Source of the DNA: Heteronotia binoei
Taxonomy: Eukaryota
Reading direction: 5' to 3'
DNA length: 64,000 nt
Assembly: GCF_032191835.1 (NCBI RefSeq)
Contig: NC_083227.1
Span: forward strand, 166,842,001 to 166,906,000
In this document: one piece after another, positions 1 to 12,421 of the stretch
Layout: the number at the start of each line of letters is the position of its first letter
How positions within the stretch are numbered: position 1 is the first letter of the stretch
Position numbers and translations under genes: made by a program
Notes under the pieces: model-generated
What the model saw: the letters and a program-made list of their open reading frames with translations, nothing else
Told to the model about the DNA's origin: nothing
The model's database searches: none

Positions 1-1455
1 TTAATCCCATATGTCCAGAACTGAAGCTAGCCCCCCCCCCAAGAAGATCAGCTTTGCACATGGGGGGGGGGGGGCTAGCTTCAGTTCTGGACATATGGAA
101 TTAAAATTATGAACTATATGAACCAATCAAATTATGCACCAATGAATTATAGCTTCCACACATAGTATTTACCAAAGGGGTGCCCTCAACCCCTCCTCCC
201 AGAACACCCTGCCATGCTTCCCACAGCCCTAAATGTGTGGAAGCTATAGTTCATTGGTTCATAATTTCATTGGCTCATAATTTCATAGGTTCATATAGTT
301 CATAATTTTAATCCCATATGTCCAGAACTGAAGCTAGCCCCCCCCCCCAAGAAGATCAGCTTTGCACATTGCGGGGGGGGGGGGCTAGCTTCAGTTCTGG
401 ACATATGGAATTAAAATTATGAACTATATGAACCAATCAAATTATGCACCAATGAATTATAGCTTCCACACATAGTATTTACCAAAGGGGTGCCCTCAAC
501 CCCTCCTCCCAGAACACCCTGCCATGCTTCCCACAGCCCTAAATGTGTGGAAGCTATAGTTCATTGGTTCATAATTTCATTGGCTCATAATTTCATAGGT
601 TCATATAGTTCATAATTTTAATCCCATATGTCCAGAACTGAAGCTAGCCCCCCCCCCCAAGAAGATCAGCTTTGCACATGGGGGGGGGGGGCTAGCTTCA
701 GTTCTGGACATATGGAATTAAAATTATGAACTATATGAACCAATCAAATTATGCACCAATGAATTATAGCTTCCACACATAGTATTTACCAAAGGGGTGC
801 CCTCAACCCCTCCTCCCAGAACACCCTGCCATGCTTCCCACAGCCCTAAATGTGTGGAAGCTATAGTTCATTGGTTCATAATTTCATTGGCTCATAATTT
901 CATAGGTTCATATAGTTCATAATTTTAATTCCCTATGTCCAGAACTGAAGCTAGCCCCCCCCCCAAGAAGATCAGCTTTGCACATGGGGGGGGGGGGCTA
1001 GCTTCAGTTCTGGACATATGGAATTAAAATTATGAACTATATGAACCAATCAAATTATGCACCAATGAATTATAGCTTCCACACATAGTATTTACCAAAG
1101 GGGTGCCCTCAACCCCTCCTCCCAGAACACCCTGCCATGCTTCCCACAGCCCTAAATGTGTGGAAGCTATAGTTCATTGGTTCATAATTTCATTGGCTCA
1201 TAATTTCATAGGTTCATATAGTTCATAATTTTAATCCCATATGTCCAGAACTGAAGCTAGCCCCCCCCCCCAAGAAGATCAGCTTTGCACATGGGGGGGG
1301 GGGCTAGCTTCAGTTCTGGACATATGGAATTAAAATTATGAACTATATGAACCAATGAAATTATGCACCAATGAACTATAGCTTCCACACATAGTATTTA
1401 CCAAAGGGGTGCCCTCCTCCCAGAACACCCTGCCACGCTTCCCGCAGCCCTAAAT
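1..1455. repeat. Tandem satellite, ~308-bp unit, 4 full copies plus 1 partial; each unit is two hairpins
   Basis: Units start at 1, 308, 618, 925 and 1231. Arms 1-40 and 62-104 are inverted (21-nt loop); arms 105-163 and 233-307 are inverted (~69-nt loop). The array probably continues left of the window. Confidence 0.97.
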
Positions 1456-1872
1456 GCGCGGCTATGGCTGCTTCTCTGCGCTCACCCCCCTGCCCTGGAC
1501 CCCTCCGCTTGACCCCATCCTTACACACCCCTCAGCGTCCTCCCACCGCTTAGACTCCGTCCCTTCCAGCCGCGCTGTTTCCGGATGCTGCGTCTTCTGC
1601 TCACTGGCCTGGACGTCACTTCCTACTTCCGCTGCCAAGCCAGTGATTGGCTGAACCCAAAACGGGTTTCCAGCAGGGGGCACGAAGCCGGTGTGACGTC
1701 ACAAGCCAGCCTTCGGCAGTTCCCGGGCGCCCTCTCGGCCGGCGCCGTGCTGGGAGGGGCGGGGCCTGGGGGGGCGGAGCAGCCGCGGAGGGAGTTTGTT
1801 GTGTGGCGGGGAAGGTCGCGCTGCCGCCTCTGCAGGGATGGCCGGTTGCTTCTGCTGCGTGTGGGCTGAGGG
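1456..1872 (-). promoter_or_regulatory. CpG-island promoter of an unidentified gene, probably transcribed leftwards
   Basis: ETS/CRE composite GACGTCACTTCCT 1612-1624, second ETS site 1625-1632, CCAAT 1645-1651, full CRE TGACGTCA 1694-1701, GC box 1756-1765. Minus-strand donor G|GTGAGC at 1486/1485. Confidence 0.75.
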
Positions 1873-2775
1873 TAGGGTTGCCAAGTCCAGTTCAAGAAAT
1901 ATCTGGGGACTTTGGGGTGGAGCCAGGTCCCAGGAGACTTTGGGGGCGGAGCCAGGAGACTTTGGGGGTGGAGCCAGGAGACATTGGGGTTGGAGCCAGG
2001 AGACTTTGGGGTGGAGCCAGGAGACTTTGGGGCGGAGCCAGGAGACTTTGGGGGCGGAGCCAGGAGACATTACGGTTGGAGCCAGGAGACTTTGGGGTGG
2101 AGCCAGGAGACTTTGGGGTGGAGCCAGGAGACTTTGGGGGTGGAGCCAGGAGACTTTGGGGGGGTGGAGCCAGGAGACATTAGGGGTGGAGCCAGGAGAC
2201 TTTGGGGTGGAGCCAGGAGACTTTGGGGGTGGAGCCAGGAGACATTAGGGGTGGAGCCAGGAGACTTTGGGGGTGGGGCCAGGAGACTTTGGGGTGGAGC
2301 CGGGAGACTTTGGGGGTGGAGCCGGGAGACTTTGGGGGTGGAGCCAGGAGACATTAGGGGTGGAGCCAGGAGACTTTGGGGGTGGAGCCAGGAGACATTA
2401 GGGGTGGAGCCAAGATCAAGGCTGTGACAAGCATCCTTGAACTCCAAAGGGAGTTCTGGCCATCACATTTAAAGGGACGGCACACCTTTTCAATGCCTTC
2501 CTTCCATAGGAAATAATGAAGGATAGGGGCACCTCCTTTTGGGGCTCATAGAATTGAACCCCCTGGTCCAATCGTTTTGAAACTTGTGGGATATTTTGGG
2601 GAGAGGCACTAGATGCTGTACTGAAAATTTGGTGCCTCTACCCCAAAAAACAGCCCCCCCCCAGAGCCCCCGATACCCGCAGATCAATTCTCCATTATTT
2701 TCTATGGGAATAAATCTCCATAGGGAATAACAGAGTTCCCAGCAGACATTTCCCTCTCCTCCTCCCGCTTTCTGA
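1873..2775. mobile_element. Non-autonomous hAT-type MITE (TAGGGTTGCCA termini) with an expanded ~21-bp VNTR (~24 units); far end truncated
   Basis: Starts tagggttgccaagtcc. (GGGGTGGAGCCAGGAGACTTT)n runs ~1905-2410, and the body matches the other copies listed. Confidence 0.85.
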
Positions 2776-2975
2776 ATCAGGGCTACCGTGTTTTGTTTTT
2801 AGTAATTATTTTAGCTCGGGATGGGTGCTTCGGAGCTTGTGCAAAACCCTATTTGGTTAAGAAGCTACCGGTAAAATACCTTTAACCGTGTAGCCATGTT
2901 GGTTATAAGCAACAGAACAAAGTTTGAGTCCAGTGGCAGATTTAAGAGCAATAAAGTTTAATTGTATGCCCACTT

Positions 2976-3324
2976 GGGGAGGGACGGTGGCTCAGTGGCA
3001 GAGCATCTGCTTGGGAAGCAGAAGGTCCCAGGTTCAATCCCTGGCATCTCCAACTAAAAGGGTCCAGGCAAATAGGTGTGGGAAACGTCAGCTTGAGACC
3101 CTGGAGAGCAGGGGAGGGACAGTGGCTCAGTGGCAGAGCATCTGCTTGGGAAGCAGAAGGTCCCAGGTTCAATCCCTGGCATCTCCAACTAAAAGGGTCC
3201 AGGCAAATAGGTGTGGGAAACGTCAGCTTGAGACCCTGGAGAGCCGCTGCCTGAGTAGACAAGGCTGACTTTGATGGACTGAGGGGGGTCTGACTCAGTA
3301 CAAGGCAGCTTCATATGTTCATAT
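2976..3324 (+). mobile_element. tRNA-derived SINE with a duplicated head and a CR1-like tail
   Basis: A-box tggctcagtggcag and B-box ggttcaatccc each occur twice; the tail ends gcagcttcatatgttc. Confidence 0.85.
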
Positions 3325-4559
3325 AAATAAATCTAACATATCAAATGTCTATACTTCTTCAGATACATTGAAACAGATGTCCTCAAGCCTTACATATAGG
3401 TAGAGAGCTGGAGGGGTTAGTTACAGTTAAGTTGCATAAGTAACTGAGCAATACCCAAAAAGTATAGCTAAGATTCGATTAAAGCCGTTGGTGAGACCTG
3501 TGAATAGCAGCAAATAAGCATACAAATAACAGAGTTAACAAACAGATGTGAGAACTAAGTTTGAGCCCAGTAGCACCATTAAAACCAATAAAGTTTAATT
3601 CTGGTATAAGCAAGAACTGAGTGACTCAGCATGTGTAGACGCACACTTCTTCGGATACATTAAAACAAACTTCCTCAAGTATTACATATATATAGATGGG
3701 AGGGTTAGTTGCTGGGAAGGGCTAATAACATCCCATTAAACCTCTGCTTAAAAGGTAGAATACTTTTCTCCAGGCTTGCTGACAAACTTATTTGTGAACA
3801 GGATGCTTATTTGACTGGGGAGAGATTGCCTGGGAAGACCCAAGAGTTAACTGTTATGTCCCACCCCCCCTTTTATGCCACCTGGAGAACTGCAAACAGC
3901 CTGCATTAGTTGCCTGGGGAAAGTCTTGGCCTTTGTGCCCTGATTGGCCACTATGTGAGACAGGAGGCTGGACTAGATGGGCTATTGAGCTGCTCTTATG
4001 AGATCTAACACTAGAAGGCCAAATCTTCAACATAGCCATAGAGATAGAATGAGAAGTTAAAGCAAGGCTATTGCTACCTATATGTGCCAGTCCAAGCAAA
4101 GGTATGATTTTGAAGGCAAGGGTACAAGTGTCCAGGCAGCAAATAATCCAACAGGGAGGAGAAGTAGCAGCTCACTGTGTCCAGAACAGGTACCTTCATA
4201 GCTACACAGTCTAGACTGCCTTAGTGCTATTTTCAAAAGTACACAGTCGGGATTTGAGCCTATGTAGGGCTCCAAATAGGCCCGGGGGGTGGGGAAGTCC
4301 TGTCCCTTTAATAAAGGCTTAATGTGTGGAAATTGTCCGCTGAAGTTTTTCATGGCATGGAAGTAAATAATATCACCTGGTAAATAACATCCCATTGAGC
4401 TCCTATTTAAAAAGGACAGGACTTTTTTTCTCCAGGCAATTGGCAGCCTTATCTACAACCTACTAAGTTCCCCTGAGAAAGCAAGAGATCTTGAACCTAC
4501 CAAGCGCTCCAGCCAGTTTACAGGAGTCTGTCTCTTCTCTCTCCATAGGAGCATCAGTT

Positions 4560-5022
4560 TAAGTTTATTTCAGTTTATATCCCGCCCTTCCCACCGAAGT
4601 GGCTCAGGGTGGCTCACAACATATAAAATCTAACATAGAATTTTAAATTTAAAATACATCAATTACAACAGTTAAAACGGTAAAATAATAAAACATTTAA
4701 ACAGCGATCTATCAAAATACCACACTGAACCTTCTATAGAATTTCTAATGCCAGTTAATTATAGGCCAGCCGGAAAAGGGCTGTCTTACAGGCCCTGCGG
4801 AACTGGCCAAGGTCCCGCAGGGCCCTCACCTCTTCTGGCAGCTGGTTCCACCAGCAAGGAGCCGTTACAGAGAAGGCCCTGTCCCTGGTGGATTTCAGAC
4901 GGGCCTCCTTTGGCCCGGGGATAGCAAGCAGATTTTGAGAGCCCTATCTCAGTACTCTCTGGGGAACATGTGGGGAGAGACGGTCCCTAAGGTAGGCAGG
5001 TCCTAGGCCATATAGGGCTTTA
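4560..5022 (-). mobile_element. L2 LINE 3' fragment
   Basis: Tail tatcccgccc...ctcagggtggctcac and decayed ORF2 C-terminus match the L2 at 27-29 kb. Confidence 0.8.
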
Positions 5023-5574
5023 AACTACTCAGAACTACTCTTGCTTAGGTAGACATATCTGCTCACTCCCTTCAGCTGGGAATAGGGAGTCTTCTCTTTC
5101 ACCCCCTCATGGACTACTTGATCCAAGCCGTTAATGCTCACTAAGGGGATATTTATAGTCATTAAGAAATATAATCGTGGACTGCAGGTTATGTCATTTT
5201 AAGGCATGCATATAAAACTAAATCATTCACAGATTTCAAGCTCATTAATATTTTGAACTGAGTTTCCTAAGAGTTGTGCAGAGGACTCCTTTAGATAAAC
5301 CACAGATTCTAGAAAATGGAATAAACTACATATTGGTTGCTTGGACTGCTATTAAAAGAACCTCAGCATTTTAATTTTGTGGCGTTTAAGCCCCTAGAAG
5401 GTCAAATAAAATAGCCATCATCAAATAATATATAAATCTTGAAAACACTTTCAAATAAAGAAATGATCTTTCAGAAATACTACATAATCAACTATTATTA
5501 GGACTACGTTAGAGTGCTGCATAAAGCTAAACCTGTTATTTCCTCACAAGTTGTGATGGGAGGGGGAGCAAATA

Positions 5575-6365
5575 TGGTTGAAGACAGGATACAGGATGAT
5601 CTTGACAGGCTAGACAACTGGGCTAAAACAAATAAAATGAATTTTAACAGGGATAAATGTCAAGTTCTTCATCGAGGTAGAGAAAATCAAAAGCATAATT
5701 ATAGGATGGGGGAAACTTGTCTTGGCAGTAGTATGTGCAAAATAGGACTTAGCATACCATACACTGAACATGAGTTAGCAGTATGATGTAGTAGCTAAAA
5801 AGGCAATTGTGATTTTGGGAATTCTAGAAAACAAGTATAGTGTCCAGATCATGTGAAGTGATGGCATCACTTTCCTTTGTTCTGGTTAGACTTCACCTAG
5901 AGTCTTTTGTTCAGTTTTGGGCACCACCATTTAAGAAGGATATAGATAAGCTGGAACGTGTCTAGAGGAGAGCATCAAAGATGGTGAGGGGTCTGGACAA
6001 GTCCTATGAGAAAAGGCTGAAGGAGCTGACCGTGTTTCGCCTAGAAAGGAAACAACTGAGAAGTGATATGATAACCATCTTCAAGTACTTGAAGGGCTGT
6101 CATACAAAAGATGGCGTGGAGTCTTCTGTTGCCTCAGAAGGTTGAGCCAAAACCAAAGAGTTGAAAACAAATCAGAAGAGTTTTTAGCTAAACAGAACTT
6201 CCTTGACAGAGCAGTGGAGCAGGCTTCCTCGGGAGGTGGTGGGCGCTCCTTCTTTGGAGGTTTTTAAACAGACCAGACGGCCATCTGACAGCAATGCTGA
6301 TTCTGTGAACTTACGCAGATATGAGGAGGGCAGGAAGGGTTGCATCAGTACTTAGTTTTTGTGAC
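5575..6365 (+). mobile_element. CR1 LINE 3' fragment (decayed RT)
   Basis: RIQDDLDRLDNWAKTNKMNFNRDKCQVLH is a CR1 ORF2 motif, followed by stops and frameshifts. Confidence 0.88.
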
Positions 6366-7925
6366 CCTTTCTTACATGCTCAGGGAAATTTTTTCCACTT
6401 ACAAGCAATCCCAACTCTTATTTGTCAAAAATACAATTTATGAGCACATATATAAGAGGATGTTAGCAATTTTCTTTCTCTAAGGCAGGGTCCCCAATCT
6501 TTTGAGCTGGCAGGCGCCTTTGGAGTTTTGACACAGGGTGCTGGGTGCAACCACAAAATGGCTGCCACAGGAGGTGGAGTCAACCAAAAAAATAATAGGG
6601 AGTGAGGTCATGCATATCTGTATAGTAACTCTTCAACATTTCCAGCAGAAGCTCTGTTTAACAGGATGCATTTTAAAATGAACATATTTCAAAATATTTT
6701 CATGCATACACAGAGCTTAAAGATCCTTGTGCTATGGTGACTGTAGGCCAATATTTTTATTCCCCTAATTCTGATGGGGGTGTCTGAGAGAGAGTAGCTT
6801 GCCTAAAACTGCTGTTGTGAGTTTGTAACTGAGGGCTTATTGAACCAAGGACTTCAGGGCTCATGCCCACACACCAGCTGTCATTGAAGGTCATTTATGT
6901 CTCCAATGCAACCAGAGACTGGCCTCAGCTACAGTTGCTAGATTTAAGATCACTCAGCACAAGAAAAGAGGATTCAGCATCCTCACCATTTTCTGTCATT
7001 CTATCCAAGCTCTTCCATAGAAGAATTCACAAGACTCTTTTAAAGGTGATTCTTGCTGATAGTAAAGGAAGGCAGAGCTGTAGGTGAAAGAACAGTCAGC
7101 ACAGCCAACATCCTGAAGATTAAGAAGGACTGCAGCTCAATTAACAAGCTTGCCTCTTCCTCCTGCTTCTTTAGCTATTTAAAGCATTGTAAACATCATA
7201 ATGTGAAAGCAGAGACACACTTTCTGCTCCTCTGCCCCAAATACAGGAAAGATGTTTACTAAGGCTATTAAGGAGCATGTTACATAGTAGTGAAGTTAAG
7301 TAATATTTAATCTTTGGAGAATGGAGAGATAGAGAGAGCGTTCCCTATGAAATGGTCAGAAATTATCTAGGATGTGTTGTGGAAAAAGAATATCAAATAA
7401 TAAAGTCTATCCTGGGTGGTTTAGGCCAAAATTTGAGTCAATACCTAAAAAGCCTGTCGTTTAAACTGACAATCCATCCTGCCAATAAATGATCACTTAG
7501 CAGTTCCCTACATAGCAGGGTTCTACCCATGTCTTCACTGATTGCAATAGGAGGTAAACTGTTTGTGGTGCCATCGGCTGGATTATGGAGCAAATCCTAT
7601 GTTCTAGGCTAATTCTAGGGCTGTGAGCATCTCTGATGTCATCTGCCAACCTGTTGCCATATTGACACCAGGAGCGGCTTCCTGGCTAGAACTGTGTTCT
7701 GTTCAGGGAAAGGCAATGTAAATGGTATTTAAGGGAACCCACATAAGAAATGAGTAATACAGCACTATAAACAAATTGTCTGGAAAAGCTCTTTAGATAT
7801 ATACATATCCCATGAAATTGGCTCCTCAAGTTTTATGGGGCTAACACTAAACTGACTTTTAAAAGCGCTGAGTCTATGCTGAAAGTCCATATTATGTGTG
7901 CCATGTCTGTAGATGCTAAAATGTG

Positions 7926-7926
7926 A

Positions 7927-7994
<68 letters not shown>

Positions 7995-8248
7995 AGGTAA
8001 AGGTAGTCTACACCAGTCGTTTCCGACTCTGGGGTGACGTCACATTACGATGTTTTCATGGCAGACTTTTTACGGGGTGATTTACCATTGCCTTTCCCAA
8101 TCATCTGCACTTTCCAATCTCGGAAGGATGGAAGGCTGAGTCAACCTGGAGCTGGCTACCTGAACCCAGCTTCTGCTGGGATCGAACTCAGGTCGTGAGC
8201 AGAAAGCTTGGACTTCAGTACTGTAGCTTTACCACTCTGTGCCACAGG
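7926..8248 (-). mobile_element. (GAAA)n microsatellite joined to a Sauria-SINE-like element
   Basis: GAAA repeat at 7926-7995; 7996-8248 is the reverse complement of the element at 52086-52388. Confidence 0.75.
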
Positions 8249-10757
8249 GCTTAATGTAAGGGTGCCACAAACTGGTTGTACATTTATTTGTTTTTTTTAA
8301 AAAAAATCCAGAATAAGAACCAAATAAGAAAGTTCAGCGTTTTTTCTCACTAAACCCCTTTCCCCATTCCCTCCCTTCTAACTTCTTCCCTTCTGGTATA
8401 AGAAATTTGGACACACATTCAAAAGTCTCAGCTTCCCAGACCAGCTCACCCACTAGTTATTATAACCTATTTTCCTTGCGTCCCCTCTCAGAACTGAGCA
8501 GGGAAATCCAGGCGTCTTTGCTTTCTCCTCCTCTCTTTTCCAGCTCCTTCTACACACGTGGAATTCTTGCCATTTTATCTGCACGGTTTCAATTGTGGAA
8601 TAAGAACTCATTGCAATTTATGCCATTGTTATTTTTAGAAGGCTGCCTCCTTGGCTTAAGGCAGGCTTTGTACGTGGCATGGAGGATGGAAGGGCCTGCC
8701 CAGATCTTGTGGACCCAGAGAAACACAGGGGAAGGGCCTGCCCAGATCTTGTGGACCCAGAGAAACACAGGGGTTTTTGCAAATGAGCCTTCAAAGCAGT
8801 AAGAAGCTGTCAGCCTAGGCAGGAATAGTAGCAGCAGAGCACAGCGATAACCTGTGAAGACTGTAATGGATGCCTTCACGCTGTTAATAAACAAGCAAAG
8901 GGGGAAAAAAGTGGACTTAATGCCATCCACTCTATGGTAGTTATCTATTCTATGACCTTCAAAGGTGGCTAACCAGTAGCATGTGATGCTTTAAAAATCT
9001 ACCCCAGTACTATTTATTCTGTATCTTTAAAATGCTTTACAATCTTTACTATGTTTCCGAAAAGCCCTGTGAGAAAGGCCATTGTTGTTACCGTATTATA
9101 GATTGGGAACTGAGACACGGCCATTTGTAATGAGCAAGACCACGCAATGAGCCCCGGTAGAGGTAGGACATAAGCTCGAGCAGGGCTTCTGCATCCCTGT
9201 GCGTTCCTACTAAAAAAAAGCCCTGATTCTAGATATAAATTCATTTGAGCCACATTGATTTTAGTTACTTCTCTTTATACATTATTTCATATTTGCTTGC
9301 GTTTTAAATCACCCCTGACTTGTTCTGCCTTAGAGATTCCAGCTCTGTTGCTGGAATACAACTGAGCAGCAAAGCTTTTCTTTTTGAGGTCAAATGTATA
9401 AGAAAACTTTTCTCCAACTCCCTGGTGATTACTTAAATTATCCTTAATAAGACTGTGACCTAATTAGGGGAGGGGTTCCCCAGGAAATTGGTACCCTGCT
9501 TTGAGGCCACCCCACTTCCTGATGAGATCCTTACGCACACATTCTAGGAATGTCTAAAAGGCCTTTTAAGAGCTAGAATATGTTTATGTTCTGTAGGCTG
9601 CCCTCCAAAGAAGCCTCAGGCCTCAGCACAGGGTAAGCCTCCACACACAAATACTCTTCAGGTAAAGCCTGTATTTAGCATTCAAGCAGACCTGATATAT
9701 AAATTGTTGAAACAACATAAAGAATCTAATTCCTGACCTAATCCCTAGCTGAACGTACAAAAAAAAATGCTTGTCCTGTTTCTATAACCATTCTTTCTCA
9801 AGCTAACGAAATCTAAAGAAAACTTTATAATCTAAGCCTACCAAAGGCTGCCTTCATACTCTAACCTTCCAGCCAAACTGTTCAACTGTCTTCTGCTCTC
9901 ATAAAACTCTAATATTACCGGCACATGCAGCTATGAATAAATCATAACATTTCCATCACAGCAATCTACTGGAAGTGAGCTCCCAAGTCCCAAATAATAG
10001 CAAGCCTTATAACCTGGTTTGTCATATCCACAGGCTCCAGGAAGCTGATCGGTTTTCCTGGGGCCCTCAAGGCTGAATCTGAACCAGAACTTATATTTGC
10101 AACATGTTTCTAATGACTGGTGTCAAGAACAGGTGGACTGTTGACAGTTTGCGTTACCATGGATTGTGGGGAAAGCAAGTAGTGGAGACAATGGAGCTTC
10201 TGAGCATATTAATTTACATATATCTTGAACTCCAGGATGAATATTTCCTAGGTACAGACTAGGGGTTCCTTGCAGCAGGTTTCTCTGGCTCTGCAGCTTA
10301 ACAGAAAGTGAAGGAGAGAGTTGAAACCCTTTCCAATAGGCAGCCTCTGACCTGTCCTTATAAGATAAGGTGTATCATATCAGCCAGGGGTCCCCATGGT
10401 GGCACCATTGGAATTCTGACACAGGGTGGTGGGCGCAAAAGCAAAATGGCTGCTGCCGGAGGAGGCCAAGCCAACCGCAAAATGTCAGGGAGTAAGGTTA
10501 TGCAGAATTCTCATAGTAACTCTTCAGCATCTAAGGCGGGAGTTCTGCTTAACAGGATGTCTTTTAATCCACGCAGACAACCGGAAGCCCCGCTGAGGAC
10601 AAGCCCCACTTTCTATAAAAACCACAGAGCCCTTGTGCACCACTTAAGAGCTTTCCTAGGTGTAAGTCTCATTGAATAACATGGGATTTACTTCCAAGTA
10701 GATTTGCTTAGGTGTGTTCCCACAGTAAGACCCCGCTTTCCCTGATTTGTACGTTGA

Positions 10758-10972
10758 TAGGGTTGTCAAGACTGTGTTGGAAAATACCTGGAGACTTTGG
10801 GAGTGGATCCAGGAGAGAGTGGGGTTTGGGGAGTGGAGGGGCTTCAGCAGAGTACAATACCATAGAGTCCACCTTCGAAACAGCTGTTTTCTCCAGTCGA
10901 GCTGATCTCTGCCAGCTGGTGATCAGTTATAAAAGCGGATCTCCAGGCCTCAACTGGAGGCTGGCAACCCTA
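10758..10972. mobile_element. Short hAT-type MITE (tagggttgtca...tggcaacccta); related fragments at ~18330-18660 and ~21640-21820
   Basis: Same terminal inverted repeats as the VNTR MITE family but a different body (catagagtccaccctccaaagc...). Confidence 0.7.
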
Positions 10973-11741
10973 GTATGTAATGTTTATGCTTGCATTTACT
11001 TATATCCCACTTTTCTCCCAGTTGGGACTCAAAGCAGCTTAGAGCATTATTCTCCCCTCCTCCGTTCTTCTCACGACAACCCTGTGAGGTAGGCTAGACT
11101 GAGAGTTTGTGAAGGGCCCAAGGTCACCCAGCAAGTTTCTGTGGTAGAAGTAGGTGATTTGAACTCAGGTTGCTCAGGGTCCTAGTCGGTGACTCTATTC
11201 GCTATACCACACTGGCCATAAGTACCTTAGGTTTTTCTTTTGAAATAAAAGTTGAAAATATAACAATAATAAAGTGCTCTGCTTAGAGCAGGATAGAGGG
11301 AAATGCAAGAATCATCTGGTGAAGCTGTACAGTAGAACAAACCAGAAAACAAGTTTTCACCTAAGATAATTCATTTTGTAGAAGTTATTGTCACAAGAAG
11401 ATGTATATTTTTTCATTTACTTCATTTATACCCTGCCTTTCTCCCCAGTGGGGACCCTTAACAGCTTCTGTCATTCTTCACTTCTCAGTTTTTCTGTGTG
11501 GTGGTTTGGGGCCGACAGTGTGACCAGCACAAGGTCACCCAACAAACTTCAAACCTAGGCGTCTAGTCCAATACTCATAACCAGTATTCTGCACCGCCAT
11601 TAGCCCCGGGGCTGGGTTTTCTTTTTGTTTTTAAAGGATTATACAAATGCATGGTCATCAGGCTGCATGGAGCCGTGTTCAGGGCCCCAGCGGCGGCGCC
11701 TTTGTTTCGTGAGCCCCTGGAGTCTGGACTATCCCGAGAAC

Positions 11742-12421
11742 TAGGGTTGCCAATCCCCAGGTGGGGGCAGGGGATCCCCCGGTTTGGAGGCCCTCCCCGG
11801 GCTTCAGGGTCGTCAGAAAGCGGGAGGAGGGGACGGAAATGTCTGCTGGGAACTCTGTTATTCCCTAGGGAGATTTATTCCCATAGAAAATCATGGAGAA
11901 TTGATCCGCGGGTATCCGGGGCTCTTGGGGGGGTTGTTTTTTGGGGTAGAGGCACCAAATTTTCAGTATAGCATCTAGTGCCCCTCCCCAAAATAACCCC
12001 CCCCCCATGTTTCAAAAAGATTGGACCAGGGGGTCCAATTCTATGAGCCCCAAAAGAAGCTGTTTTTTGAGATAGAAGCACCAAACTTTCCATATAGTAT
12101 CCAGTGCCTCTTCCCTAAATACTCTCCAAGTTTCAAAAAGATTGGACCAGGGGGTCCAATTCTATGAGCCCCAAAAGAAGGTGCCCCTATCCTTCATTAT
12201 TTCCTATGGAAGGAAGGCATTGAAAAGGTGTGCCGTCCCTTTCAATGTGATGGCCAGAACTCCCTTTGGAGTTCAACGATGCTTGTCACAGCCTTGCTCT
12301 TGGCTCCACCCCCAAAGTCTCCTGGCTCCACCCCCAAAGTCTCCTGGCTCCACCCCCCAAAGTCTCCTGGCTCCACCCCCAAAGTGCCCAGGTATTTCTT
12401 CAATGGGACTTGGCAAGCCTA
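11742..12421. mobile_element. VNTR-bearing hAT MITE, complete, reverse orientation
   Basis: Terminal inverted repeats at both ends; 8-bp TSD ccgagaac / ccgagacc; ~4 VNTR units. Confidence 0.9.

Noticed and set aside
1647-2447. Long G/P/W-rich ORFs (GGARRLW, VEPGDF repeats), also at 12.1-12.5 kb and 63.2-63.9 kb
   Set aside because: Translations of the 21-bp MITE VNTR; open in several frames on both strands, with no splice context.
6985-7085. Exon-like segment on - (cacctacag|...aaatg|gtgagg)
   Set aside because: Stops in all three frames and no recognisable product; cannot be supported without RNA data.
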